NCBI GenBank assembly: GCA_033442325.1 | Contig: JAWQFM010000006.1 | Span: 439,628 to 503,627 of the forward strand | DNA from: Salpingoeca rosetta | Lineage: Eukaryota > Protista > Choanoflagellata | Reading direction: 5' to 3' | DNA: 64,000 nucleotides | Shown: positions 1 to 12,200 of the stretch, piece after piece | How the letters are laid out: every line of letters starts with the position of its first letter | Numbering within the stretch: the first letter of the stretch is position 1 | The notes under the pieces: generated by a model | Database searches by the model: none | What the model saw: the letters and a program-made list of their open reading frames with translations, nothing else | What the model was told of the DNA's origin: nothing | Made by a program: the position numbers and the translations under genes

Positions 1-133
1 TACATGCACACGCACACACACATGCACACACACATGCACACATAAATGCACACACACGCACGCACATGCACACGCACACACACACATGCACATGCACAAA
101 CACGCACATGTTCCCACATTCGCACATGCTCAC

Positions 134-346
134 CGCGTCACGGGTGTCGTCGATGTGATAGTGCCAGTAGTCCACGGCACCTTGGAAGCCAACAAAGTTG
201 CCATCCCCGCCACTGCCATTCAAGCGCCCGCTGGCCCGCCGCAACTGCTCTGCCGTCACCCGCAACAACAACCGCGGCGCTGCCTGGGACTGCTGCGCTG
301 CTGTTGCACCATCATCACCACCAGCATCCCGCGCCTCCATCGTCAT
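134..346 (-). CDS. First exon of a probable Ufm1-specific protease (peptidase C78, UFSP1-like); gene continues beyond the window start
   Basis: ATG at 346; 71 codons MTMEARDAGGDDG...RLLLRVTAEQLRR...NFVGFQGAVDYWHYHIDDTRDA, then a GTGAGC donor at 133. GxxDYWHYxxDxxxD resembles the UFSP segment GxYxYYHYxxDxxDDxGWGC just before the catalytic Cys, which would lie in the next exon outside the window. Confidence 0.5.
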
Positions 347-454
347 CCACCAGCAGCAAGCAAAGAAATAAGTGTGTGTCGTTGTTGCTGTTGTCGTCAG
401 TGTCGTGTAGTTTGTGTTTGCTGACTGTGCGCAGAAATCGAAGGTCGCAGCAGC
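347..454. promoter_or_regulatory. Very short divergent intergenic region, putative bidirectional promoter
   Basis: Head-to-head ATGs at 346 (-) and 455/473 (+), only ~110 bp apart. Confidence 0.4.
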
Positions 455-1714
455 ATGCTTGTTGACACAATAATGCGAGGGGCCGGCGTTTTGGTGGTGG
501 TGGTGGTGGTGATGGTGGTGGTGCTTGCACACAGCAGCATGAGTGAGGTGGTGCTGGTGGAAGATCAGCGTGGTGGGTTCCACATCAACACCAGCGATCC
601 ATTGAATGAACCCGTGTTTGTGAATGGGATGGACGTTGGTCAAGTGGGCAACGAGGTGTTGGCGCTGCGCAGCATGGTGTCAACACAGATGAGCATGCTG
701 GAAGCGCAGCAGAGCAGGCTTGAGGAGCAAGAACGTCTCACATGCTTCCTCACTGCCACGGACACCACCTCCATGGCCTACGTTGGCACCGGCAACAATG
801 ACTGGATTGGCGGCGTTTTGGCCAACACTGGACTCATCTATGGCATTCCACATCGCTCAACCTCCGTGCTAATCATCGACCCTGCCACCAACACCGCTGA
901 CACCACCACGATCACAGGCCTGGAAACAGGAGGTGACAAGTGGGGCGGTGGTGTACTGACTGACAACGGCCTCATCTACGGTTTTCCGCACACTGCGGTG
1001 TCTGTGCTCATCGTTGACCCACACACGAACACCATCGACAACACCACCCTCGATGGACTGCCATCTGACGGGGGCAAATGGATCAGCGGCGTGGCTGCCG
1101 ACAATGGCCTCATCTTCGGCGTGCCCTGGAGTTCTTCTTCTGTCCTCATCATCGACCCAGCAGCCAACACCACAGACACCACCACCATCGCTGGGCTTGA
1201 AGGAGATGAGAAGTGGTACGGTGGCGTGCAAGCCAGCAATAACCTCATCTACTGCATTCCAGTCAACGCTGAGACTGTGCTCATCATCGACCCATCCACC
1301 ACCACGTCAGACACCACAACAATCGCTGGCCTGACAGGCAATGGCGCGTGGTATGGCGGCGTGCTTGCTGGCAACGGCCTCATCTATGGCATCCCATACA
1401 AATCTACGGCCGTGCTCATCATCGATTCAGCAACCAACAGTGCCGACACAACGTCCATTTCCGGTCTTGCAAGCAACTACTACAAGTGGAGCGGCGGTGT
1501 GCTGGCGCCCAACGGCCGCATCATCGGCATCCCACGTGATGCTGCATCCGCACTCATCATCGACCCAACCACCAACACCGTCCACACCACGTCGTTGCCT
1601 GTTCCAACTGGAGCCCGCAAGTGGTTTGATGGCGTTCTCGCCAGCAACGGCCTCATCTATGGTTTGCCATGGAGCGCAGCACACAGTGTCCTCATCATCG
1701 ATCCTGGCTGCTGA
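455..1714 (+). CDS. Intronless secreted or anchored protein: hydrophobic leader, short coiled coil, seven ~46-aa repeats (predicted 7-bladed beta-propeller)
   Basis: Clean 419-aa ORF (the start may be the ATG at 473). Leader GVLVVVVVVMVVVLAHS; heptad segment VLALRSMVSTQMSMLEAQQSRLEEQERL; seven copies of WxGGVLAxNGLIYGIPxxxxxVLIIDPxTNTxDTTTIxGL. Confidence 0.85.
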   Translation: MLVDTIMRGAGVLVVVVVVMVVVLAHSSMSEVVLVEDQRGGFHINTSDPLNEPVFVNGMDVGQVGNEVLALRSMVSTQMSMLEAQQSRLEEQERLTCFLTATDTTSMAYVGTGNNDWIGGVLANTGLIYGIPHRSTSVLIIDPATNTADTTTITGLETGGDKWGGGVLTDNGLIYGFPHTAVSVLIVDPHTNTIDNTTLDGLPSDGGKWISGVAADNGLIFGVPWSSSSVLIIDPAANTTDTTTIAGLEGDEKWYGGVQASNNLIYCIPVNAETVLIIDPSTTTSDTTTIAGLTGNGAWYGGVLAGNGLIYGIPYKSTAVLIIDSATNSADTTSISGLASNYYKWSGGVLAPNGRIIGIPRDAASALIIDPTTNTVHTTSLPVPTGARKWFDGVLASNGLIYGLPWSAAHSVLIIDPGC

Positions 1715-2269
1715 GGGCAGAGGCGACCGTGGCGTTCTGCACCCTGTTAGCCACGCTCCCTGCTTGACCTGCTTGACACGCATGCAAGTGTCACCTCGCT
1801 TTGTTTGTTTCTCGTGGCATTTCATTGGCTATTGCTTGACTTCGTTGTGCTGTGTCCCACCCCTCCACGCACATTTCTTGTCATCTGCACCCGTCATTGC
1901 GCTGTGACGTGGTGCCACTTTCTCCTCATCATACCTCTGCCTTTCTGTTGAGTTGCAGAGCGATCCAATTCTTCTGCTCGTTACATGATCGTGGTGACAT
2001 GACTACTGTGTTCCGGCCCGCGCTGCCTCCTTTGAGAAGACTCCCACTGCCCAATTGAACGCGTTGTCACATTGCAGCAAGCATGATGGGGGTCGCGATT
2101 CGCATGTGTCTGTGTGTGTCTGTGTGTGTCTGTGTGTGTCTGTGTGTCTGTGTCTGTGTGTCTGTGTGTGTGTGTGTCTGTGTGTCTGTGTGGCTGGTCA
2201 GTGACTCAACAAGAAAGCAAGTTGAACCTGAATGATTTATACATTCAAACACACAAACGAGTGACAGCG

Positions 2270-2396
2270 ATGATGGACGAGGGTGGTGACAGCTTCGCTG
2301 CCGGGGTGGCAGACGACGATGATGGAACGCGGCTGTTCACCGATGAGCAGATCGAGCAGTGCCCTTCTGTTGCGATATCCAACCTCACAATTAAAG

Positions 2397-2459
<63 letters not shown>

Positions 2460-2460
2460 G

Positions 2461-2520
<60 letters not shown>

Positions 2521-3707
2521 GTGTTTGTGTGTGTGTCTGTGTGTGTGTGTGTTTGTGTGTGTCTGTGTGTCTGTGTGTGGATGTGTGTGTGTGTTTGTAT
2601 GTGTGTGGTGTTTTGACTTGGCTCACTGATGTGTGCAATGCACACACATGCACACACATGCACACACATGCACACACATGCACACACATGCACACTGCAG
2701 AGACCAAGAAGCGGCGACTCATTGGTGCAGGTCACATTGTGGAACTCGGCACTGCATGCAAAGTGTAAGCCAATCCATGTATGCGTTCTCTGTCTGTGTC
2801 TGTCTGTTCGTGTCTGTGTGTACGTGTCTGTCTGTGTTTGTTTGTGCCGTGTTGTCATTGGACCTGTGGACCTGTGAGCGGTTCTCTCCCATCACTTCCA
2901 ATCCTTGAAAGCTCACATGTGCTGCGTTCGCTTGTGTGGGCTCGTGAATGTCACAGCTCCATCTTCGCAACAGCCCGCGCATGTCTGCTCTACCATCTCT
3001 TCTATCAACATCAGTGTCTGGACCACTTTGACGAGCAGGTGTGCCTGTGTGTGTGTGTGCATGTGCATGTGTGTGTGTGTGCGTGCATGTATGCATGTGT
3101 GTGTATGTGTGCATGTGTGCACCACACGATAGCTGCCGAACCGCTTTTCCGGCGTGTGCGTGCGCCTTTGCTTTGGAGGAGCATGCAAGCGCAGCGCATT
3201 CACAGTTGTGGACACGCCTGGGGTTCAGGTGACTGCAATGGCCTGCCTCTTCATCGCATGCAAAGCGGAGTCAAGGCAGCTCAACTTGGATCGCGCTTCA
3301 TATCTCCACATTTCAAAGGTCATCTCCCGGTCATACCAGGTTCGTAGTTGGAGCACTTCCCCGCCCCCATCCAGTCATACAGGGCATGTGCACTTGGTTC
3401 ATGGCCATGTCCGTTGTCACACAAATTCTCATGCGCATACTCATACGTACACGCGCGCACGCGCACGTGCATGTTCGCTGTGTAGCTGGTGCAACGGGAG
3501 AGGATTACAACGGACAGTGTGCTGTTCAAAGAGTACGTTGACCGTATTCTCTTCACAGAGCGCGTGCTTCTGGCCTCGCTTGGCTTCCGCCTCGACATGC
3601 CCACGATGCATGATTACGTCAAGGCTTTCAGCGGTGCGTGCAATGAAGCATGTTCGAGATTGTACCGGCTGCGCGTGTTTGTGCGTCTGTGCGTATGTCT
3701 GTATTTA

Positions 3708-3748
<41 letters not shown>

Positions 3749-5051
3749 GTGTGCGTGTGTGTGTGTGTGTGTGTGCGTGTGCGCGCGTGTGTGTGTGTGT
3801 GTCTGTGTGTGTGTGTGTGTGTGTCAGTGCATCTGTGTTCCCATGTGTCTCTGCGTCTGCGTGTTTGTGAGTATGCGTGTCTGTGTGCTTGTTTGATTGT
3901 TGCTGTCCGCTCATCTTTTGCGTTTTCGCATTTCCGTGACAGAGGCGGCATACTTTCCCAACCTCGTCGCCTGCATTAACACGTTGTAAGTCACGATATC
4001 ACCCATCATTTGCATGAGCGTCTCTCCCCCCCCCCTTTTTTTTTTTACCGTTCTGCGCCATGCAACGCTCGCACTTCAAACATGATGCTCTGTCACTCGC
4101 TCGCTTATGCATGCATTTGCACGACCACCCATGCCCTAGGCTTCCGAGCACGCTGTGCTTGACTCACCACCCTCTGGTGATAATTGCATCCATCGTGCAC
4201 TCCTTTGAGAAGAATGCGAAGGTAGAGGCGTGCTAGTGCGTGCTAGTGTGTGTGCGTGTGTGCGTGTGCGTGTGTGCGTGTGTGTGTGTGTGTGTGCGTG
4301 TGTGCGTGTGCGTGTGTGTTGATATGTCTGTGGCGTGTTTGTTTATGACAATGCCTCCCTTTCGCGTGCATGCACGTGATGCCCAGTTGCCATGTGTTGC
4401 CTTTTCTCTGACCCTTCCCGACCCCATTCCATGCTTCAGATGTTACCAGAGGCGTGGTGGACGAAACTTCCACCAGTATCCGGAAAGGTGTGTTTGAGTG
4501 GGTCGGTGAGTGTGTGTGCGTGGGTGTGTGCGTGGGTGTGCGCGTGGGTGTAACTGGTTGGCTTCCGGAGTGTGCACCAGAGCACTGTCTCATGCTGTAA
4601 TTCATGGCCTTGCATTCGTTATTGCGGACGTGTCCGTAGGCATTGACTGAGGAAGACATGATGTCAGTCTCGGGGAGAATAGAGAAGCACTTGACAGCTG
4701 AGCGCGAGCTGCAGCGTGAGGTGGGTTTGGTTGTGGTCGTGTGGGGCAACCGGCTTCATTGTTTTCATTGTCAGCAGCGCACAGAGACACGGCGTCATGT
4801 CACACACACACACACACACTCACTCACTCACTCACTCACTCACACACTCACTCACTCACTCACTCACTCACTCACTCACTCACTCACTCACTCACTCACT
4901 CACTCACTCACTCACTCACTCACTCACTCACTCACACATGGTCTCAACACAGGTTGGAGCAGATGCAGTGTTTGAGCGGCGCGACAGTATGTTGCGCAGG
5001 CCAGTTCCGCGCAAGCCACCTCCCCACAAGCCACGCAGTGCCAACCCCTAA
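2270..5051 (+). CDS. Multi-exon cyclin of the transcriptional cyclin group (K/T/L/H-like)
   Basis: Spliced segments: MMDEGG...LFTDEQIEQCPS; ETKKRRLIGAGHIVELGTACK; ATARACLLYHLFYQHQCLDHFDEQ; VTAMACLFIACKAES (cyclin-box LFxAxK); ILFTERVLLASLGFRLDMPTMHDYV; last exon ...RKPPPHKPRSANP* with TAA at 5049-5051. Confidence 0.8.
4816..4932 (+). repeat. (CACT)n intronic tetranucleotide microsatellite; similar tracts at ~40885-40963 (GAGT)n and ~46283-46413 (TATG)n
   Basis: Directly visible in the sequence. Confidence 0.9.
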
Positions 5052-5523
5052 TACATACGCGAATGCATTTGGGTTGACCCTAACCACCAACGTGAGTTTC
5101 TCTGTGTATTAAACGAAGCCTTGCCGAGCTTTCTCACATGGGAAATGGATATTTCGGGAGTGACAGAGAGAGTTTGAGCGTGTGAGCGTGTGTGAGCGTG
5201 TGTGTGAGCGTGTGTGTGTGTGTGCGTGTGTGCTGTGTGCATTGATGGTTGAATTGTGCTTCCTTCGTGCTCGCATTTGCAGTTTCGCTCTCCTGATGAC
5301 ATCATCGCCAGCACCCCGTTTCATAGTCGGTCGAAAGTCGACGGGTGTTTTCCCAAAGTTTCTTGTGTTTTGGTTGAGGGGAGCGGGCAATCACAAAGTC
5401 CGTGCACAGCGCAAGCAAGAAAGGAGAAGGTGTGGCAAGGTGCTTTGTTAGTGTGTTGTGGTGTGTGAGTCTCTTGCGGTCGCACGCCGCGCGCTGTCCT
5501 CGACGCACCACAACACCGCCAGC

Positions 5524-6144
5524 ATGAAGCGAGCGGGTCCTCGTGATAAATCGCCGCATCCACAGCAGGCCCAGCAGCCCAACTGGCAGTTCGCAGATCG
5601 AATCACAACACAGGTACGTGCAGTCTCGCCCCCCAATCACAGCCGATCTACGGCTTCTAGCAACAACTATCCAATTGCCACTCAGCTTGGGTTGCTTGCC
5701 AGCTCTATTGTGTGCGCAGGTGTGCTTGTGTTGGGTGGCATATGCCTGTAGCACCTGGAAGTTGCACTGCATTGATGTTTCACTGCGCAAAGTTCTCACA
5801 GAACCACGTCATGGCTTGGTTTTCGTCATGCTGTGCGTGCACTCCCTTTCCCGTCCCCTCCCCTCCCCACCACACACACACACTCCTTTCCGTCGTTGTC
5901 ACGACTGTTGGGGAAGGGAAATTGACTTTTCCGTGCCTTCGGATGGCAGCAACAACACCCGTGATGCCAGCGAAGGTGGCGAGGACGGCTCATGGCAGCA
6001 CACAAGCCCCGATCACACAGGCCGTTTGAGCCGCGCCGGCAGCGGCAGTGCCGTGTATGGCAATGCACCCCTGCCGCCCGGCCTAGCTGCACCAGAACAC
6101 CTCGAGGCGAGCGACGACGTCGTCAGCTCCGCCAAGCATGACAC

Positions 6145-6210
<66 letters not shown>

Positions 6211-6224
6211 GCAACAGCAACAGC

Positions 6225-6273
<49 letters not shown>

Positions 6274-9200
6274 GCAACAGCAACAACAAGCATCGGGCGT
6301 CGGTGGCGGTCGGGACGTGGCAGTACCAGCACCACCAGAGGCAGTGGACACAATCCCACAGTCAGGTTCAGCACCACGAACGACTACAACCACCACGGAG
6401 GTTGTGCTACATCTGGACGTAGCTCCAGGGGCGTCCTCAACTGAGGCAGCACAACTGGCCATCGATGTCACCACCACCACTACCAGCAACGCTTCACCAA
6501 CAGTATCACCACCATCGGCAGCACTCAGTGGGACGGGAGTGCAACCGAACGCAGGCGCAGAAGGCACCGACGAAGACGTTGGTGGTTGCACAGGCGAAGA
6601 CAACCACGCGACTGCAGGTGGTGACGCTGATGCTGGCGGCAACTCGACAGATCTGCAAGGGAGTGCACGCTCCACTCGACCTGCATCCGAGGCCCCATCG
6701 CACGCCTCGCAACGCAGCATTGTGCTTGACGTGGACGATGTGTTCGACAGCGTTAGAAACAGGGCGCGGAACGCAAACGAAACACGAACCAGCGCAGACT
6801 TGCTGCAGAACAACGGCGACAATGACGAGCAAACACGAAGTGAATCTGAGGCAGAGCAGCCCGCCACCCGCATCATTAACGATGCAATCACCGACGCTGG
6901 CGGTGAGATTGATGATGACGATGCTGCTGATGATGGTGACAGAGAGCACGAAGTGCGCGATGACCAGTACGACGATGACGACGTTGAGTATGGTGACGAC
7001 GACGATGACATCGAGTATGACGACCAGTACGACGACGACGAGGATGACGATGATGACGATGAAGAGCTTCAACTCGGCTCCGATGAAGACGAACTTGATT
7101 ATAGTGACAGTGACGGGGAGGACGAGCAAGATGATGATGACCGCTGGATGAACGGCAACTCCTCACCAGAAGTACATCGCACGCCAATGAGAAATGCCGT
7201 GAGAAGGGCAGCTGCAGCGCTCTCGAGCACAGCAGGTGCAACAGGGGCAGCGTCCTCGTCCTTCTCCAGTGTGCGATTCAAGTCGTCGACAACGTCAACT
7301 CCAGCATCAACGCCGGCTGCGAAGCGAGCACCAACCCGCGTCACGCACTTCCCGACCGTAAAGCGGCGTCTCACAGAACACAAGCCCGTCCCTGTTTCCC
7401 CGAGCGTGGTCGGTAGTCTTCGTGGGCAGCGGCGGCCGCAGCAGCACGCTGGCCTGAGCGTGTTCACGTCCCTGCAAGGCGACACGGCCGTGCTGGCGTG
7501 GATGCGGGCGCAGGTGGAGGCGGACTGCACCGCGTTTGGACACATCAGCACACACGACCGCCAGTGCGGGTTTGTGGAGGTGCAAACGGGCGCGAACCCG
7601 GAACGGCTGCTGCGCTGGATGCTGGACAAGAAGCAGATGAAGGAGGACCTCGTGCGGCGGCAATCCCGCAAGCGCCACAGCAAGAAGGAAAAGGGCACCG
7701 CACCCAACAGCCTGACTGCACTGGACGAGAACTCCGCCAACTTGTCCGGTCACTGGCGCATGACCCGGCCAACGGCTGCGGCGACTGCATCATCATCATC
7801 ATCCGCGGCAGCGACGTCATCGGGGGTGAGCACTGCGGGCGGCAGCACATCGCGGCGGTGGGTACTGTTTGACGACAGCTCCTCCAGCGAGGACGAAGGG
7901 GAGGTGCTTGAGGACATTCCGTGCAAGCCGCTCGGATTTTCGCGGCCGCGGCTCGTGGTGAGCGTGACGGGCGGTGCCAAAGACCTCATTCTGGCGCACA
8001 AGATGCGGTCTGTGCTGAGTCAGGGCCTGCACCGCTGCAGCAACGTCACCTCCACGTGGATCTTCACAGGCGGCTGCAACTGCGGCGTGATGAAGGTGGT
8101 GGGCGAGCTTCTCGGGCGCAAGCAGCCGTCAGACCTGCGTCTCACGCGCGAGTACGAGCAGGTGGTGAAGGACCGCCCACGGCGCCACCACGCCCCGTCC
8201 AGCGAGCGATCACGCTCTTCCGCCCCAACGTCGGCGTCGTCATCTGCGGCGCTCACGGCAGCTCACACAGGTGGCGGCAGTGGTGATGGTGACCAGCGGG
8301 GTGCGGGCAAGCGGCGCAGGCTCAAGCGCACGCCTGCTCGTCGCCGCCGTCGCGCGCGCGAGGAATCAGCTGCAAGACACTCAAGGAACCCGCGGCAGCG
8401 ACAGCAGCGGCAAGCACAGGGGCGACAGCAGCAACAACAGCATCAGCAACAACAGCAACAGCAACAACAACAAAGCGTGGGTTCGATGGGATCGCAGAGC
8501 GAAGATGTGCTGGAGAAGAGCCTGAACTCGTTCCTGGAGGAGTCACGGTATGTGCGCGTGATTGGAATTGTGCATGCACAGCACGTCGATTTCGAAGCAA
8601 AGAAGGTGGGCAATAGCACACTTGAGAACATAATCTTTGACGACTATGCCTCAACCACAACCAGGTGCGTATGCTGCGTGCGGGACAAACTGTGTGCGTG
8701 TACGTATGTGTGCACATGTGTGTTTATATGGTGTGTGTCTTTGTGTGCACGTACGAGTACGTGAGGGTGTATGCATGCGTTGATGGCAGGAGGACAGCGA
8801 TCCTCCACGTGTGTGTGTGTGTGCGTTTGTTGCTGCTGGTTTTGAGAGTTGCGTCTTGTTTGGGTGCGCACATCAACCCCAAGAATATCACTCATGCGTG
8901 TCAGTGGAAGTCACACCACGCCAAGGCATCCTGAGACACACACACATACACACACACAATCTCACTCTCTCACTCTCTCACGAATGCACACATGCACCCA
9001 CCACATACCCACACACGACACCACCACAACAGCTCGCTGGACGACAACCACTCGTTTTACATTCTGGTGAACAACCCGTATCTAGAGCGTGTTGGCTCTG
9101 GCGACAACAGCGCCTGGCACACATACACGCGCGGCGTGGCGCCCGAAAACAAGTTCCACTACCTGACAGACTCTGTGTTGTACGGCCTGCGCAAGCTGCT

Positions 9201-12200
9201 GAAGGAGGAAAACGCCGAATCAGCCATGCTGTCCAGGTCGCATGGCAACAGCGCGAGCGCCAGTGGTAGCGGTGGCGGGAACGATGCGTTTGAGGAAGAG
9301 CGGCTGCAAGCGTGGGCGGATTTCGTAGCGCAGCGTATGGACCAGGACGGGGCCATTCACTTTGTTGTTGGCGACAGCGAGAATGAATCCGAGCACATGG
9401 GGGTGCGCGCAGCATACTACCTCATCAAGTACACGCACGCCTGGATCACGAAGCTGACGAAGAACACGCCCAGCAGCAAGGCCCGCGTGACGATCGTGCT
9501 GCACTTTGTCATGGGCCGCGGTGGTCTTCTGCAGCTGGAGGCCGAGCGAAGGCAGCACGTGAGCAGACAGGCATCGGAGCGCTTCTCCAACGGCGGCGGC
9601 GGTGGTGGTGACAGCCAGCCGGAATCACGGCGCAGCACGTTGACGGGGCGACCGGGTGGCGGGGTCGATGCTGTCTTCTCCAGCTCGCTGTGGCGCCTGT
9701 ATCGCCTGCTGGACCTGCTCACACCGCCAGGCGCAACGGACGAGCGTGTGGTGGTGCAGCTTGGCACGGTCACCGGCGAGCAGCACGTGTCTGGCGACGG
9801 CGAGGCGCGGCCATGGCTGTACTCATGCAACCCACAGTCGACGCTGCGCCAGTCCGCCTGGGAGGACACGTGGGGAAAGTGCTCGCAGTATGTGTACTCG
9901 TTGATGGCGCGCATGGACATGGAGAACACGGTGCAGGTTGAGGTACCACCGCACCCAACTGGTGGATACCACCGCACGTGCGCGCGCGGTCGCATGATTG
10001 CACATGCGCTGGCACAGGGCGTGATCACGGACCACCACGACGTGGAAAACATCTCGCCCTGTGTGGTCAGGACGGCTGGTTTGCAGGACAGCCCGCGTAT
10101 GTTCTCGCGGGAAAAGAAGCGGGGCAGGTTTCGCGATGGTGTCTTGCTCTGCACCATGAACGTCTTCGCGTTTAACAGGCTGCACACCCTCCTCACTGAC
10201 GTTGAGGTCAGTGGTGGTGGTAGTGTTTGTGTTTGTGTTTGTGTGTGTGTGTGTGTGAGTGTGTGTGTGTGTGCGTGTGTGTGTACGTGGGTGCGTGTAT
10301 GTGTGCGTGCGTATATGGGTGTTTGCATTTGCATATGTGTTTATGTGCGCGCGTTTTGCGTTTGCATACTTGCTTGTGTGTACGTGTGTTTGTGCGTAGA
10401 CGTGCGTGTTTTTGGTCTCTTGTGCATGTGTGTGTGTGAGAGTATATGTGTGCATCTGTGCGTTGTTTTGTTTCTTATGCGTGTGCGTATGTTTAGAATT
10501 GCTGTCTTGCAGGAAGAGGGGCAATTTGCTTGCCCTTGCTTCAACTTGGTGATGCACTCACGACTGCAATGATGGTTGTTTTGTGTGTTCGACACGTGTA
10601 CAGGTGCTGCGCGCATCTCTGTCTGGTTTAATCGTCGACACGAGCGTCGTCCTCTCAGGTGAGCTGCAGTGGCACCAAACTGTTGTGGTTTATGATCATT
10701 GGTGGGTGCATGCTTGTATGTGTGTAGGTCTGCATGTTTGTGTGCGGGTGTCTGCCTGTGTTGTGTTGTCTTGTGCGTTGTCTTTGAACGAGTGTGACTG
10801 ATGGACAACAGGCACAATCCTTCACAGTAGACCATGTGTTCGCACTTCGCTTACCTGCATGTATGTGCGTGATTACAAACACCAGACAAATGTTTCACGT
10901 TTCCACCGCTGAAGACGCTGGTGCCCATGGGCAGCGTGCTGCTACAGCGCTGGCGGCGGGGCACAAAGGCCAGGGCAAAGCAGCAGACGGCCTCTGCCGC
11001 TCGCAACAACAACATCCACAGACCGTCCATGTTCGGGCTCAGCCAAAGCGGATTTGGACGCAGGAGTGCACGACCCAGCTCCGCCGCTGTCTTTGGTGAT
11101 GACGACGATGACAGCGACAACGAGAGCGTGGACTTGGAGAAGGACGCGGGGGAGGAAGCGCTGTTCTATCGCGATCGCTTCAATAGACTCAAGCGGTAAC
11201 AAAACAGTGAGGCTATTCGGGTGTGTGTGTGTGTGCTGTTGCGTAGCTGTTGTGTACAGCTGGCATGGTCGTGCGTGTGGTGACATGGGGATCGCGACCT
11301 GCAATGGGAATGGGTGCGGGGGTTGCGAGAATGGGAAGCTTCTCGTCTGTGTCCACGTGATGTGTATCGTGGATTATACACATACGTGCTGCATGTCCAG
11401 CACGCTGTTGCTCGAATGCTTGCGACCAAGAGTTCACTCAAGCATCTTGCCATCTTGCATGCACCCCTCACACCCTTATTACATATCGCACACACACATA
11501 TGTATCTCGCACACATCATGCACACATATCACACACATCGCGCGCTTATACCCCCCCCCCACACACACACATCACATCACATCACATCACACATGGAATC
11601 GCTGCAGCGGGGGCGAGCTGGAGTACTGGAACGACCTCACCAGTGCGCTCAAGGGAGAATTCAAGCCTTCAAGCTTGCAGGTCTTCGTGCCCTCAACGCA
11701 GACAAAGTGGCAGCTGCTGCTGCGTAAGCCGGCACAGCAGCGCTTAACGCACCACCAACGCCACGGTCTGCAGCGCCACCGCAACCAGCGAGCGCGGCGA
11801 GGGAAGCATCCCAAGGTCTACTCAAGTACGTGCTTGCGCAACAAACACTACGATGCGTTTGTCCATGGCACCACATCGCCATCTTCAAACGTGACTGTGG
11901 TCTCACTGGCATTGGCGTTTTAGCGAAGCCATGTCATTGCATGGCTTTAAAGCTGAGTTGAAGCCGAAAGCTCCGCTAAAGTGGAGCTTCACATTGTGCG
12001 CAGTGCAATGCCCAGTGTGTCCCGACTTTCCTCACATTATTCAACCCTTTGTTTCTCGCGCGCGCGCACACACGCTCACGTACACATGCACCTGTTTGTT
12101 CGCTGTGTCATCCAGGTTTTGACACCATCTTTGACACGTTCAAGGCTTCGGATCGCACCTTCTCTGTGATGTTGGTGGTGGAGGGCGGGCCAATGACGTG

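Noticed and set aside
780-1710. Regularly spaced DNA repeats (possible CRISPR-like array)
   Set aside because: They are degenerate in-frame protein repeats with no invariant repeat-spacer structure and no cas genes.
5071-5090. CCCTAACC telomere/template-like octamer in the cyclin 3' region
   Set aside because: A single short match with no supporting structure; expected by chance.
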